Below are positions 9,072 through 20,085 of a stretch of 24,443 nt of DNA, in pieces; within the stretch, counting starts at the first letter, position 1; each line of letters begins with the position of its first letter. The stretch covers positions 1 through 24,443 of the forward strand of contig JBEBGD010000085.1 in assembly GCA_040081625.1 (NCBI GenBank). Reading direction: 5' to 3'. The notes beneath the pieces are model-generated. The model was not told where the DNA came from, made no database searches, and saw only the letters and a list, made by a program, of their open reading frames with translations. Origin of the DNA: Chthoniobacteraceae bacterium (lineage in GTDB: Bacteria > Verrucomicrobiota > Verrucomicrobiia > Chthoniobacterales > Chthoniobacteraceae). A program made the position numbers and the translations under genes.

Positions 9072-9488
9072 TTACGGCTTGCGGACGCGTTCGCCGATCG
9101 CCGGCAACTCTGGTGCACCACCTGCGGTGCGGGTCTCTGGCGCGACCGCGGGAGATTGTGGGCGCGGCGAATAATAGTGCGTCACGCGCGGCGCGATCCC
9201 GGCCACGGTCTGCACTGAGGCCGCGGTAATCTGATACTGCTGGTTCTCAAAAGTGGTCAGGCCGGAGCGGTTGAGCTTCGAGTCCCACTGCACGAAGCGA
9301 TACGTGACCATGTAGCCTTTGCCGAAGTAACGCATCGTCGGCTTGTATGAGATTTTGGCTTTCGGTGCGGGGTTGCGCGCACCCGGCGTGTAGTCGTAGC
9401 GCGGGCCGTAACCGGGGTCGCTGTCGAATGCGAAGGCGGCGGTGGTGGTGAGACCGATGAGGGCGGTGATGAGGGAGGTTTTGTTCAT
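9072..9488 (-). CDS. Hypothetical secreted protein
   Basis: Signal peptide MNKTSLITALIGLTTTAAFA, Tyr-rich body, Pro-rich tail; no family recognised. Confidence 0.7.
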   Translation of the reverse strand: MNKTSLITALIGLTTTAAFAFDSDPGYGPRYDYTPGARNPAPKAKISYKPTMRYFGKGYMVTYRFVQWDSKLNRSGLTTFENQQYQITAASVQTVAGIAPRVTHYYSPRPQSPAVAPETRTAGGAPELPAIGERVRKP

Positions 9489-9557
9489 GGCGGTGTGGTT
9501 ATTTGAGTCGATAACGGAAATTTGAGCCTAGTGTCGAGAGATTTTTTAAGGGATTCG

Positions 9558-10265
9558 TCACCCTCCCAAGTAGCACTCCCGGACCTCGGGATTGTCCCTG
9601 AGCGCCGCTGCGGAGTCGCTCAAGATAATCCGGCCTGTCTCGAGCACGTAGCCGCGATTTGAAATCTCGAGCGCGAGATTCGCGTTCTGTTCGACGAGCA
9701 GGATCGTGAGGCCGAGCTCGCGATTGATCTCGACGATCTTTTCAAAAATCGTCCGCACCAGGATCGGCGCGATGCCGAGCGATGGTTCGTCGAGCATCAG
9801 GCACTTCGGTTTGCTCATCAGCGCGCGGCCTATGGCGAGCATCTGCTGCTCGCCGCCGCTGAGCGTGCCGGCGGTTTGCTTTGCGCGCTCCTTCAGCCGC
9901 GGAAAGATCGAGAATACGTAGTCGTAGTCCTTTGCGAAGTTCTCGCGGTCCGAGCGGCGGTAGGCGCCCATCTTCAGGTTCTCCATCACCGAAAGGTTGG
10001 CGAAGACCATGCGGCCTTCCGGCGCCTGTGCGAGGCCGCGGCGGACGATGAGATGCGGCGGGAGTCCGGCGATCTCTTCGCCCTCGAAATCGATTCGGCC
10101 CGAACGCGGTTTCACGAGGCCGGATATCGCGCGCAGCGTTGTGCTCTTGCCGGCGCCGTTTGCGCCGATGAGCGTCACGATCTCGCCCTGCTTCAAGTCG
10201 AGCGAGATGCCGTGCAGCGCGCTGATCGCGCCGTAGTTCACGTGAAGATCGCGAATCTCAAGCAT
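9558..10265 (-). CDS. livF: Branched-chain amino acid ABC transporter ATP-binding protein
   Basis: GANGAGKST, PEGRMVF, LSGGEQQMLAIGRALM, LDEPSLG, LLVEQN. Confidence 0.95.
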   Translation of the reverse strand: MLEIRDLHVNYGAISALHGISLDLKQGEIVTLIGANGAGKSTTLRAISGLVKPRSGRIDFEGEEIAGLPPHLIVRRGLAQAPEGRMVFANLSVMENLKMGAYRRSDRENFAKDYDYVFSIFPRLKERAKQTAGTLSGGEQQMLAIGRALMSKPKCLMLDEPSLGIAPILVRTIFEKIVEINRELGLTILLVEQNANLALEISNRGYVLETGRIILSDSAAALRDNPEVRECYLGG

Positions 10266-11034
10266 CGCTCTCCTCCTTCCCGAGATACGCGGCGATCACC
10301 TTCGGGTTGCGTTGGATTTCAGCGGGCGTGCCCTCGGCGATCTTCTCCCCGTAATCGAGCACCGCGATCCGTTCGCACACGCCCATCACCACTTTCATGT
10401 CGTGCTCCACGAGCAGCACGGCGAGGCCGAACTTCTCCTGCGTGAAGCGGATCAGCTTCATCAGATCCTGTTTCTCGGTCGGATTCATCCCGGCGGCGGG
10501 TTCGTCGAGCAGCAGCAGCTTCGGGCGCGTCGCGAGTGCGCGCACGATTTCGAGCCGGCGCTGATCGCCGTAGGGCAGGCTTTTGCACGACACCTCCCGC
10601 TCGCTCGCGAGCCCGAAAATCTCGAGCAACTCAATCGCCTGCCGTTCGATCTCGTTTTCCTCGGCGGTAAATTTTCGTCCACGCACCAGCGCGTCGCCGA
10701 TGCCCTGGCGCAGCGAGAGATTGAAGGCGCAGCGCACATTGTCGAAGACGCTCATCGAGCCGAAGAGCCGGATGTTCTGGAACGTCCGCGCGATGCCGTG
10801 CGACGTAATCTTATAGGGCTGCTTCCCCTGCACCTCGCGCCCCGCAAACTTGATGCGGCCGGCCGTCGGCGCATACACGCCGGTGATGAGATTGAAGACG
10901 GTCGTCTTGCCCGCGCCATTCGGCCCGATGAGGCCGACGAGTTCGCCCGTGTCGATGCTGAGGTCGAGATTGCCGACGGCCGTCAGCCCGCCGAACTGAA
11001 TGGTGACCTGGTCGAGTTGCAGCAGCGCGCTCAC
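10258..11034 (-). CDS. livG: Branched-chain amino acid ABC transporter ATP-binding protein
   Basis: GPNGAGKTT, ARTFQNIRLF, LPYGDQRRLEI, LLDEPAAG, LVEHDM, AAYLG. Confidence 0.95.
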   Translation of the reverse strand: MSALLQLDQVTIQFGGLTAVGNLDLSIDTGELVGLIGPNGAGKTTVFNLITGVYAPTAGRIKFAGREVQGKQPYKITSHGIARTFQNIRLFGSMSVFDNVRCAFNLSLRQGIGDALVRGRKFTAEENEIERQAIELLEIFGLASEREVSCKSLPYGDQRRLEIVRALATRPKLLLLDEPAAGMNPTEKQDLMKLIRFTQEKFGLAVLLVEHDMKVVMGVCERIAVLDYGEKIAEGTPAEIQRNPKVIAAYLGKEESDA

Positions 11035-11984
11035 GACTTGAGCCGTCCCTTCAACGGCCAGCGCAAACCGCCGAGCAGCCCCTGCGGGCGCAGGATCATC
11101 ATGATGATCAGCAGCAGCGCGAAGACGATCATCCGGTATTTCTCCGCCGCGCGCAGAAACTCGTTGAGCACCGTCAACCCCGCGGCCGCGACGACCACGC
11201 CGGTGACATTGCCCATGCCGCCGAGGATCACCATCACGACGACATCGACCGACTTCATGAAGTTGAACCCCTCGGGCGTGATGTAGGTGATGTAGTGCGC
11301 GTAGAGGCCGCCGGCGATGCCGGCAAAAAATGCGCCGAGCACGAAGGCCAGCACCTTGTAGCGCGTCGTGTTGATGCCCATCGCCTCCGCCGCGATCTCG
11401 TCGTCGCGCACGGCGAGAAAGCCGCGCCCGTAGGTGCTATCGACGAGACTCGAGACGACGTAGATCGTCACCACCGCGAATCCGAACGTCCAAAAGAGAG
11501 TCGTGTAACCGGGGATTTGATTGAGTCCGCGCGGCCCGCCGACGGCCTCGGTGTTTTGCAAAAGCACGCGGATGATCTCGCCAAAACCGAGCGTGACGAT
11601 CGCAAGATAATCCCCGCGCAGCCGCAGCGAAGGCACGCCGACGATCAGCCCGACGAGCGCCGATGCGACGCCGCCGAGCAGCAGCGCGAGCAGGAAGACC
11701 GCGTGATTCGCGAGCGCGCTCTCGCCGATCCGCGCGAGCAGCATCGGCCCGAGGTTCATCGTGCTGACCGCCGACGCGTAAGCGCCGACCGCCATGAACC
11801 CCGCGTGCCCGAGCGAGAACTGCCCGGTGTGCCCGTTCACGAGATTGAGGCTCGTCGCGAGAATGATGTTGATGCCCACGAGCACCATCACGTTGACGAC
11901 GTAGTCGTCGATGCTCGACGAAAACGCGGACGCGACCGCGGCGGCGACGATCCCCGAGAGTAGAAGGAGGTGAGACCAGCGCAT
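11031..11984 (-). CDS. livM: Branched-chain amino acid ABC transporter permease
   Basis: G.TGQFSLGHAGF, LRLRGDYLAIVTLGFGEI, RDDEIAAEAMGIN, VILGGMG, RPQGL. Confidence 0.93.
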   Translation of the reverse strand: MRWSHLLLLSGIVAAAVASAFSSSIDDYVVNVMVLVGINIILATSLNLVNGHTGQFSLGHAGFMAVGAYASAVSTMNLGPMLLARIGESALANHAVFLLALLLGGVASALVGLIVGVPSLRLRGDYLAIVTLGFGEIIRVLLQNTEAVGGPRGLNQIPGYTTLFWTFGFAVVTIYVVSSLVDSTYGRGFLAVRDDEIAAEAMGINTTRYKVLAFVLGAFFAGIAGGLYAHYITYITPEGFNFMKSVDVVVMVILGGMGNVTGVVVAAAGLTVLNEFLRAAEKYRMIVFALLLIIMMILRPQGLLGGLRWPLKGRLKS

Positions 11985-11987
11985 CGG

Positions 11988-12920
11988 CTAGACTTTCTCG
12001 CGCTCGGTCCGGCCGAGGAGGCCCGACGGCTTGAAGAGCAGGATGAGGATGAGAATCACGAACGCCACCGCATCCCGGTAGCCCGACGAGAAGCCGAACT
12101 CGGAGCTGTAGGCCACGACCATCGTCTCGATCACGCCGATGAGCAGCCCGCCGAGCGCCGCGCCGGGGATGTTGCCGATGCCGCCGAGCACCGCGGCGAC
12201 GAATGCCTTCAGCCCGACCGTCACGCCCATGAACGGCTGCACCTGCGGATAGAGCATCGAGGAAAAAATGCCGCCCGCCGCTGCGAGCGCCGAGCCGAGG
12301 CCGAAGGTGAACGAGATCACCACGTTCGTGTTCACGCCCATGAGCGCGGCCGCGGTCGGGTTGAAGGAGAGCGCGCGCATGGCCATGCCGAGCTTCGTTT
12401 TCATCACGATGAAACGCAGCGCGACGAGCAGCACGACCGTCACCGCGAGCACGATGACCTGCGTGTTCTTCACCAGCACGCCGCCGAGCCCGCCGATCAT
12501 TTTCGTCTCGATGAGGTCGGGAAACGGCTGGCGGTTCGGCCCGAAGATGAGCTGCGCCGCGTATTCGAGGAATAGCGATACACCGATCGCGGTGATGAGC
12601 ACGATGAGTCGCGGCGCGCCGCGCAGCGGACGATACGCGAGCCATTCGATGACGATGCCCAGCGCCGCGCACATCGCCATCGCGCCCGTGAGGATGATGA
12701 GTGCGCCACCGTAGCCGGGGATGATCCCGAGCACCGGCGTGAACCAGCGATGAAGATAGAGCCCCGCGAACGCGCCGACCATGAACACGTCGCCGTGCGC
12801 GAAATTGATGAAGCGCAGGACGCCATAAACCATCGTGTAGCCCAGCGCGATGAGGGCGTAGATCGAGCCTTGCGAGAGCCCGTTGACGACCTGCTGGAGG
12901 AACCGGCCCCAATCGTCCAT
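11988..12920 (-). CDS. livH: Branched-chain amino acid ABC transporter permease
   Basis: NGL..GSIYALIALGYTMVYG...INFAHG, LKAFVAAVLGGIG, KPSGLLG. Confidence 0.95.
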   Translation of the reverse strand: MDDWGRFLQQVVNGLSQGSIYALIALGYTMVYGVLRFINFAHGDVFMVGAFAGLYLHRWFTPVLGIIPGYGGALIILTGAMAMCAALGIVIEWLAYRPLRGAPRLIVLITAIGVSLFLEYAAQLIFGPNRQPFPDLIETKMIGGLGGVLVKNTQVIVLAVTVVLLVALRFIVMKTKLGMAMRALSFNPTAAALMGVNTNVVISFTFGLGSALAAAGGIFSSMLYPQVQPFMGVTVGLKAFVAAVLGGIGNIPGAALGGLLIGVIETMVVAYSSEFGFSSGYRDAVAFVILILILLFKPSGLLGRTEREKV

Positions 12921-12923
12921 CCG

Positions 12924-14051
12924 CTACGGAGCGATCGTCTCCACGTAGCGAAACTTCCCGTCTTTGATCGTCAGCATCACCGCCGGTTTGTTTGCGTTGC
13001 GCTTCTCGTCCAGCGTGATCTTCCCGGTCACGCCGGGGAAGTCCTTCGTCGCTGCGATCGCGTCTCGCAGCTTCGCCGGCTCGGTCGTGCCCGCGCGTTT
13101 GATCGCGTCCGCGAGGATCATCGCCGAGTCGTAGCCGAGCGCCACCATCGCATCGGGATCCTCATTGTGCTTCGCGCGGTAGCGCTTGATGAAGTCCTGG
13201 ATGATCGGCGCCTTGTCCTCGGTCGAGAAGTGGTTCGAGAAGAAGCTCCCCTCCATCGCCGCGCCCGCGACCTTCACCAGCGACGGCGAATCCCATCCGT
13301 CCCCGCCGAGCAACGGCGCATTGAGCCCGAGCTGCCGCGCCAGCTTCGCGATGAGCCCCGACTCCGTGTAGTAGCCGCTCGCCACGATCACGTCCGGCTC
13401 CGCGGCCTTGATCGTCGTGAGCTGCGCGTTGAAGTCCGTGTCGTCGGTCGAGTAGCTCTGCTCGATCACGATCGTTCCGCCGTTCTTCGTGAAGTGCTCC
13501 TTGAAGAACTGCGTGAGCCCCACGCTGTAATCCTGCTTCACGTCCGTCAGGATCGCCGCCTTCTTCCATCCGCGCGAGAGCGCGAACTTCGAGAGCACCG
13601 TCCCCTGGAACGGATCGATGAAGCAGATGCGGAAAACGTAGTCGCCCACCTCGGTCACGCGCGGATTGGTGGAAGCCGGCGAGATCATCGGGATCATCGC
13701 CTTCTGGCAGATCGGCGCCGCCTCGAGCGAGCGGCCCGACGCGACTTCACCGAGCACCGCGACGACCTTGTCCCGCGAGATCAGCTTGCGCACCACCGTC
13801 GCCGCCTCGCCCTGCTTGGATTGATCGTCCTCCGTCACCAGCCGCACCTTTTTCCCGAGCAATCCGCCCGCCGCATTGATCTCGTCGATGGCCATCTGCG
13901 TGCCGCGGTGCGAGCCCTGGCCGAAGGTCGCGGTCGCACCGGTGAGCGAGGCAAACTCGCCGATGGCGATCTCGTTGGAGGCAACTTTTTTGCACGCCGG
14001 AAGCGCGAGCCCGGCAGCGAGCAGGAGGAAAATGGAAAGTCGTCGGTTCAT
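12924..14051 (-). CDS. ABC transporter substrate-binding lipoprotein, LivJ/LivK family
   Basis: Lipobox (LALPAC) after MNRRLSIFLLL, EINAAGGLLG, SPASTNP, VFR.CF.D, GGDGW, GYDS, GVTG.I. Start at ATG 14051. Confidence 0.92.
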   Translation of the reverse strand: MNRRLSIFLLLAAGLALPACKKVASNEIAIGEFASLTGATATFGQGSHRGTQMAIDEINAAGGLLGKKVRLVTEDDQSKQGEAATVVRKLISRDKVVAVLGEVASGRSLEAAPICQKAMIPMISPASTNPRVTEVGDYVFRICFIDPFQGTVLSKFALSRGWKKAAILTDVKQDYSVGLTQFFKEHFTKNGGTIVIEQSYSTDDTDFNAQLTTIKAAEPDVIVASGYYTESGLIAKLARQLGLNAPLLGGDGWDSPSLVKVAGAAMEGSFFSNHFSTEDKAPIIQDFIKRYRAKHNEDPDAMVALGYDSAMILADAIKRAGTTEPAKLRDAIAATKDFPGVTGKITLDEKRNANKPAVMLTIKDGKFRYVETIAP

Positions 14052-14189
14052 GGGGCGCGGAGGCTGGCGGTTCAGCGAGTCGATTTCAACTGCCAATCCA
14101 TGCTGGAGTTTTCGCGCGACACGAAGCCGGCGCAAATCCCCCTTTGCATCCCCGCGCCGCGCTGCGTAGAGACTTTGCGCTCTCGCAAA

Positions 14190-14954
14190 TTGAACGCACT
14201 CGCCCAACTCACCCGCTCATCGATCGGCAAGAAGTGGATCGTCGCCCTGACCGGTCTCGTCATGTTCCTCTTCGTCATCGGCCACCTCGCCGGCAACCTG
14301 CAGGTCTTCCTCGGGCCCGAGGCGATCAACCACTACGGCGCATTACTGCGGACCTCGCCCGAGCTGCTGTGGGTCGTCCGGTCCGTGTTGCTCGGCGCGC
14401 TCGTGTTGCACGTGGTTTTCGCCATGCTGCTGGTGATTGAGAACCGCCGGGCGCGCCCCATCGACTACGCAAAGAAGGCGAGCGTGCAGGCGAAGGCCTC
14501 GACCCGTTTCATGGCGATCACCGGGATGTTGATCCTCGCGTTCGTGATCTTTCATCTGCTGCATTTCACGACGCAGGATGTCGATCCGAGCTTCGCGGGC
14601 TTTCACGATGAGAAGGGCCGGCACGATGTGTTCCGCATGATCGTCACCGGCTTCTCGAACCCGCTCCACGCCGGCTTCTACGCGGTCGCGATGGTGATGC
14701 TCTGCTCGCACCTCAGCCACGGTGCGTGGAGCTGGCTGCAGACGGTCGGGCTTCGCACGAGGAAGGTCGCCGACGAGACGAACCGCGGCGCGCGCATCCT
14801 CGCGATCGTCCTCGCTGCGGGCTACCTCTCGATCCCGGCGGCGGTGCAGTTCACGAGCTTCGGCGATGGCTACGTGAATGAGCGCAAGCGCGCGGAGCAG
14901 GACGCAAAGCTCGACGCGCCGGCTCAGCCGCAGATCAAACCCGAGGCGAAGTAA
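14190..14954 (+). CDS. sdhC: Succinate dehydrogenase/fumarate reductase cytochrome b subunit (b558-type)
   Basis: SSIGKK..VALTG...F...HL.GNL, five hydrophobic segments, heme-ligand His residues (LHV, FHL, HLSHG). TTG start inferred. Confidence 0.9.
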   Translation: MNALAQLTRSSIGKKWIVALTGLVMFLFVIGHLAGNLQVFLGPEAINHYGALLRTSPELLWVVRSVLLGALVLHVVFAMLLVIENRRARPIDYAKKASVQAKASTRFMAITGMLILAFVIFHLLHFTTQDVDPSFAGFHDEKGRHDVFRMIVTGFSNPLHAGFYAVAMVMLCSHLSHGAWSWLQTVGLRTRKVADETNRGARILAIVLAAGYLSIPAAVQFTSFGDGYVNERKRAEQDAKLDAPAQPQIKPEAK

Positions 14955-14957
14955 CCC

Positions 14958-16877
<1,920 letters not shown>

Positions 16878-16881
16878 TGCA

Positions 16882-16909
16882 TTGCCGCGCGCTTGCACAC
16901 TGATACCAT
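16882..16909 (+). promoter_or_regulatory. Candidate promoter of the TA cassette (near-leaderless)
   Basis: TTGCCG-N16-TACCAT with an extended -10 TG, 8 nt upstream of ATG 16918. Confidence 0.45.
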
Positions 16910-16917
16910 CCGAAGTT

Positions 16918-17154
16918 ATGATCCTCGACCGCTTTCCCGAAATCAGAAACCTTCTGCCACAGGAGCGCAGCCAGTTGATCGATGAGCTATCCGAGTTGGT
17001 CCTCGTCGAGTGGGAAAGCAATCCCGACATTCTCGCCATTCTCGAGGAGCGCCACGCCGAGTATGTGAAAGATCCCGGCTCGGCGCGTCCGTGGTCCGAA
17101 GTGCGCGAGCGGCTGCGCCGAAAGTATCTCCAGCACGGAACCGGGCGTGAATGA
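16918..17154 (+). CDS. Addiction module antitoxin component (ParD-type partner)
   Basis: L.PQER..LIDEL...ILEERHAEY..DP...RPWSEVRERL pattern of putative addiction-module components; overlaps the downstream toxin gene. Confidence 0.8.
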   Translation: MILDRFPEIRNLLPQERSQLIDELSELVLVEWESNPDILAILEERHAEYVKDPGSARPWSEVRERLRRKYLQHGTGRE

Positions 17155-17452
17155 AATCGCCCTGCTGCGCGGTGCCGAAACCGACTCGGCTGAAATCTAC
17201 AGTCGTCTGGCCGACATCCATCTCCTCCGCGCGGAGGAGTTCGACGAAACTCTCGACGCCGGTTTGCTTCAGCTTGTCCAGCAGCCGCGCTCGGCACCGC
17301 CGTTTCTCGGGCTCTTCCACCGACTCGTGCTCCCGCGGCTGCCCTATGCAGTTTTCTACACCATCGAAAGCCGGCGCGTCGTGGTCCACGCCATCCTCGA
17401 CACCCGGCAAGATCCGCGCGTCATCCGCCTTCGGCTCGGGTTCGGCGGTTGA
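17147..17452 (+). CDS. RelE/ParE family toxin
   Basis: AETD..EIY...F...LD..L..L.QQP...RRLV-like...PYAVFYTI....[13 protein letters not shown]; 101 aa; GTG start overlaps the antitoxin. Confidence 0.82.
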   Translation: MNEIALLRGAETDSAEIYSRLADIHLLRAEEFDETLDAGLLQLVQQPRSAPPFLGLFHRLVLPRLPYAVFYTIESRRVVVHAILDTRQDPRVIRLRLGFGG

Positions 17453-17481
17453 CCACTCCGCCCCAGCGTTCCCTTGATACC

Positions 17482-18231
17482 ATGAACCTTAAGCTCAAAA
17501 TCTGGCGCCAGAAGAACGCGAAAAGCAAAGGCGGCCTCGTCGATTACGAGGCGAAGAACATCCCGCCCGACGCGTCGTTCCTCGAGATGCTCGACATCGT
17601 GAATGAGGAATTGCTCACGAAAAACGAGGAGCCGATCGCGTTCGACCACGACTGCCGCGAAGGCATCTGCGGCACGTGCTCGCTGAGCATCAACGGCATC
17701 CCGCACGGCCCGAGCGAGACGACGACCTGCCAGCTCTACATGCGCAAGTTCAAGGACGGCGAAACGATCTACATCGAGCCGTTTCGCGCGAAGCCCTTCC
17801 CCGTCGTGCGCGATCTCATCGTCGATCGCTGCGCGTTCGATCGCATCCAGCAGGCGGGCGGATTCATCACCGCGCACGTCGGCGCTGCGCCGGATGGGAA
17901 TGCAATGCTCATCGGCAAAAAGGAAGCCGACCTCGCGATGGAAGCGGCGGCGTGCATCGGCTGCGGCGCGTGCGCGGCGGCGTGCCCGAATGGCAGCGCG
18001 ATGCTCTTCGTCGGCGCGAAGGTCACCCACTTCGCCCACCTGCCGCAGGGCCAGCCCGAGCGCACCGACCGCGTGCTGAAGATGGTGCGCACGATGGATG
18101 AGGAAGGCTTCGGCAACTGCTCGAACTACCTCGAGTGCGAAGCCGTCTGCCCCGCGAACATCCCCGCGAGCGTCATCAACACGCTCAACCGCGAGTTCGC
18201 CGTCGCGAGCGTGAAGGAAGCGGTAGTGTAG
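17482..18231 (+). CDS. sdhB: Succinate dehydrogenase/fumarate reductase iron-sulfur subunit
   Basis: [36 protein letters not shown]. Start at ATG 17482. Confidence 0.97.
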   Translation: MNLKLKIWRQKNAKSKGGLVDYEAKNIPPDASFLEMLDIVNEELLTKNEEPIAFDHDCREGICGTCSLSINGIPHGPSETTTCQLYMRKFKDGETIYIEPFRAKPFPVVRDLIVDRCAFDRIQQAGGFITAHVGAAPDGNAMLIGKKEADLAMEAAACIGCGACAAACPNGSAMLFVGAKVTHFAHLPQGQPERTDRVLKMVRTMDEEGFGNCSNYLECEAVCPANIPASVINTLNREFAVASVKEAVV

Positions 18232-18242
18232 CGTCCGCGCCC

Positions 18243-18881
18243 TCAGCGCGACATGAACTGCCGCCACGACTCGACGTAAGCCGCGAAGTTCTGCATCTCC
18301 GCCTGCGTCACCGGATCGCTGAACGTGCCGGTGAAAGCCGGAAAACTCGCGGGATTCTTCGCCGTCGTCGCGACCGCATCGGTGAGTTGCTGCGCGCTCA
18401 CCTCCCCCGGGACACCCTGCGCGCCCAGCGGGATGCCAAAGCTGAAGTGAACATTGCTCCCGTCGAAGCTCACGTTCACAAACGCCGCCTCGCCCGGATT
18501 GAGCGTGCTCACGCCATCCACGATCGCGCTGGCAAACGGCAGCCCTTGCGCCCCGTCGGCCCCAGTCGCGCCCGGCTGGCCTTGCGGGATGCCAAAGCTG
18601 AAGTGGACCGTGCTCCCGTCGAAGCTGCTGCTGACCGTCGCCGCTTCGCCGGGCCCGAGCGTGCTCGTGCCATCCACCACCGCGCTCGCAAACGGCAACC
18701 CTTGCGCCCCCGTCTCGCCGGGATCGCCCTTGTCGCCCTTCTCCCCCTGCGGCCCGGCGGGGATGTTATCGATCCGTTCGTTCGTCCCGGTGATCCGCTC
18801 GTCGAGGCCATTGAACTGCGCGCGCATTTCGTCCGCGTCGGCGATCTCGCCGTTGATGGGAAGGGTGGGGTCGTAGGGCAT
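18243..18881 (-). CDS. Collagen-like/fibre-like repeat protein ('MPYDP' gene, full copy)
   Basis: G-X-Y runs (GPQGEKGDKGDPGETGAQG), two copies of a beta-rich unit ending VHFSFGIP, short N-terminal coiled coil. Confidence 0.8.
   Translation of the reverse strand: MPYDPTLPINGEIADADEMRAQFNGLDERITGTNERIDNIPAGPQGEKGDKGDPGETGAQGLPFASAVVDGTSTLGPGEAATVSSSFDGSTVHFSFGIPQGQPGATGADGAQGLPFASAIVDGVSTLNPGEAAFVNVSFDGSNVHFSFGIPLGAQGVPGEVSAQQLTDAVATTAKNPASFPAFTGTFSDPVTQAEMQNFAAYVESWRQFMSR
18428..18710 (-). repeat. Intragenic direct repeat, two ~127-bp units at 156-bp period
   Basis: 18428-18554 versus 18584-18710, encoding GAQGLPFASA.VDG.STL.PGEAA.V..SFDGS.VHFSFGIP. Confidence 0.9.
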
Positions 18882-18920
18882 GGCGTGTTAGCTAGTCAAG
18901 GTTGCACCGCAAAGGTGAAT

Positions 18921-19220
18921 TCACGGCAACCGGTTCTTGAAGTAGTCGGGATGGCGGCTCGAATGCCCGACGGCAATCACAAGCGCCTGCTGCTCGTCGG
19001 TGACGAATGCGATGTAATATGGAAACCCGGGGAGGTTCACGCGACGATAGCCCGCCGGACGCAGCCGCCAAAGTAATGGATGCTGCACAATCGCGGCACA
19101 GGCGCTCTCGACCTCGGAACGGAATCGGACTCCAAGGCCTGCCGAGCTAGCCTCATAATCGCCAGTGACGCACTCGACCTCCGCGGAAGCCTCCGGGAGA
19201 AACTCCAGCCTGAAACTCAT
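18921..19220 (-). CDS. RelE/ParE family toxin
   Basis: FLPEA..E...Y....GLG.RF..EV......I..HP......GYRR.NL..FPY.I.F.......VIAVGHSSR.PDYF. Confidence 0.88.
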   Translation of the reverse strand: MSFRLEFLPEASAEVECVTGDYEASSAGLGVRFRSEVESACAAIVQHPLLWRLRPAGYRRVNLPGFPYYIAFVTDEQQALVIAVGHSSRHPDYFKNRLP

Positions 19221-19453
19221 CGGTCGGGCGCAATCTGCCGCAGTCGGGCAAAGACCTCTCCCGCCGGAATGGGTTTGGACTCGCCAGACTTAAAGCGCGC
19301 GATCCGCCGAGCGATTTCCGCCTCCCACGCCGCCTCGGCACCGGGTTCCGGTTCGAGTTCGACGCTCTCGAGAAGTTGACGCGCCAACGCAAGGCGCTGG
19401 TCGGGCGGCAAAATCAGAGCATCGTGGGCGACGGCATCGAGCGTGGCAGGCAT
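19217..19453 (-). CDS. Addiction module antitoxin component
   Basis: AL.LPPDQRLALA..LLES.......EAAWEAEIARR....SG....IPA.EVF; ATGA overlap with the toxin. Confidence 0.88.
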   Translation of the reverse strand: MPATLDAVAHDALILPPDQRLALARQLLESVELEPEPGAEAAWEAEIARRIARFKSGESKPIPAGEVFARLRQIAPDR

Positions 19454-19459
19454 GGCGGC

Positions 19460-19488
19460 ACGGTAAAACGGTGGACTAAGGCTGTCGA
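19460..19488 (-). promoter_or_regulatory. Candidate leaderless promoter of the antitoxin-ParE cassette
   Basis: TCGACA-N17-TACCGT-N6-ATG(19453). Confidence 0.5.
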
Positions 19489-19646
19489 GTCGGGAAAAGA
19501 AGGCGCGCGAGCTGGCTGCGGGAAGGTATGCGGGCGATCCGCTCGTTCGTCCCGGTGATCCGCTCGTCGAGGCTATTGAACTGCGCGCGGATTTCGTCCG
19601 CGTCGGCGATCCCGCCGTTGATGGGGTGCGTGGGGTCGTAGGGCAT
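19476..19646 (-). pseudogene. Truncated 5' copy B of the MPYDP gene (56-aa ORF)
   Basis: 19535-19646 matches 18770-18881 at 105 of 112 nt by hand alignment, starting at the ATG, then runs into unrelated sequence. Confidence 0.9.
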
Positions 19647-19660
19647 GGATGGATGGCGCT

Positions 19661-19876
19661 TTACAAGTCTTCGGGCTTCAATCCCGTATTCTTCGCGACG
19701 CGCGCGAGCATCCGCGGGCCGATCTCCTCTCCGTCGTGAAAAGAAAACACGCAATCCGGCCATCCTTCCCGCGCGAGAACCCGGTGCGAACCGCCCGACT
19801 CCCGCTTGATGCGCCAGCCAATCCGCAGCAAGGCCGCCAGCACGCGCCTCGCCTTGGCGGCGCCCCACTGGCTCAT
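19661..19876 (-). CDS. hicA: HicA family toxin
   Basis: 71 aa, basic: VLAAL.RIGW...R..GGSH......G......FH...EIG...LARV.K.TGL. Confidence 0.88.
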   Translation of the reverse strand: MSQWGAAKARRVLAALLRIGWRIKRESGGSHRVLAREGWPDCVFSFHDGEEIGPRMLARVAKNTGLKPEDL

Positions 19877-20079
19877 ACCCCGACCGAAAAGACTTGCCCG
19901 AGTTCCGGCGGCATTTCGCCGTGTTCGAGCCGGTCTGCCAGCACCCGCAAGGCGAGCGCCTCCGCTCGCGCCACGGCCTCCTGCCGGCTCGTCCCGTATG
20001 CGAGAGCACCGGGAATCTGCGGAATCTCCGCGATCCAGCGTCCGTCGGTTTCCTGTTCAGTTTCTACGGCGAGATTCAT
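19873..20079 (-). CDS. hicB: HicB-like antitoxin (short, no DNA-binding domain)
   Basis: EQETDGRWIAEIPQIPGALAYGTSRQEAVARAEAL; upstream of and overlapping hicA. Start 20079 preferred over 20106. Confidence 0.85.
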   Translation of the reverse strand: MNLAVETEQETDGRWIAEIPQIPGALAYGTSRQEAVARAEALALRVLADRLEHGEMPPELGQVFSVGV

Positions 20080-20085
20080 GCGGCG

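Noticed and set aside
12750..14189. Long N-terminal extension of sdhC in the 734-aa ORF
   Set aside because: Overlaps livH and the binding-protein gene on the opposite strand; SdhC similarity begins only near 14190.
19476..20009. 177-aa ORF ending in an MPYDP segment
   Set aside because: Its 5' part overlaps hicB/hicA out of frame; only the part from ATG 19646 is meaningful.
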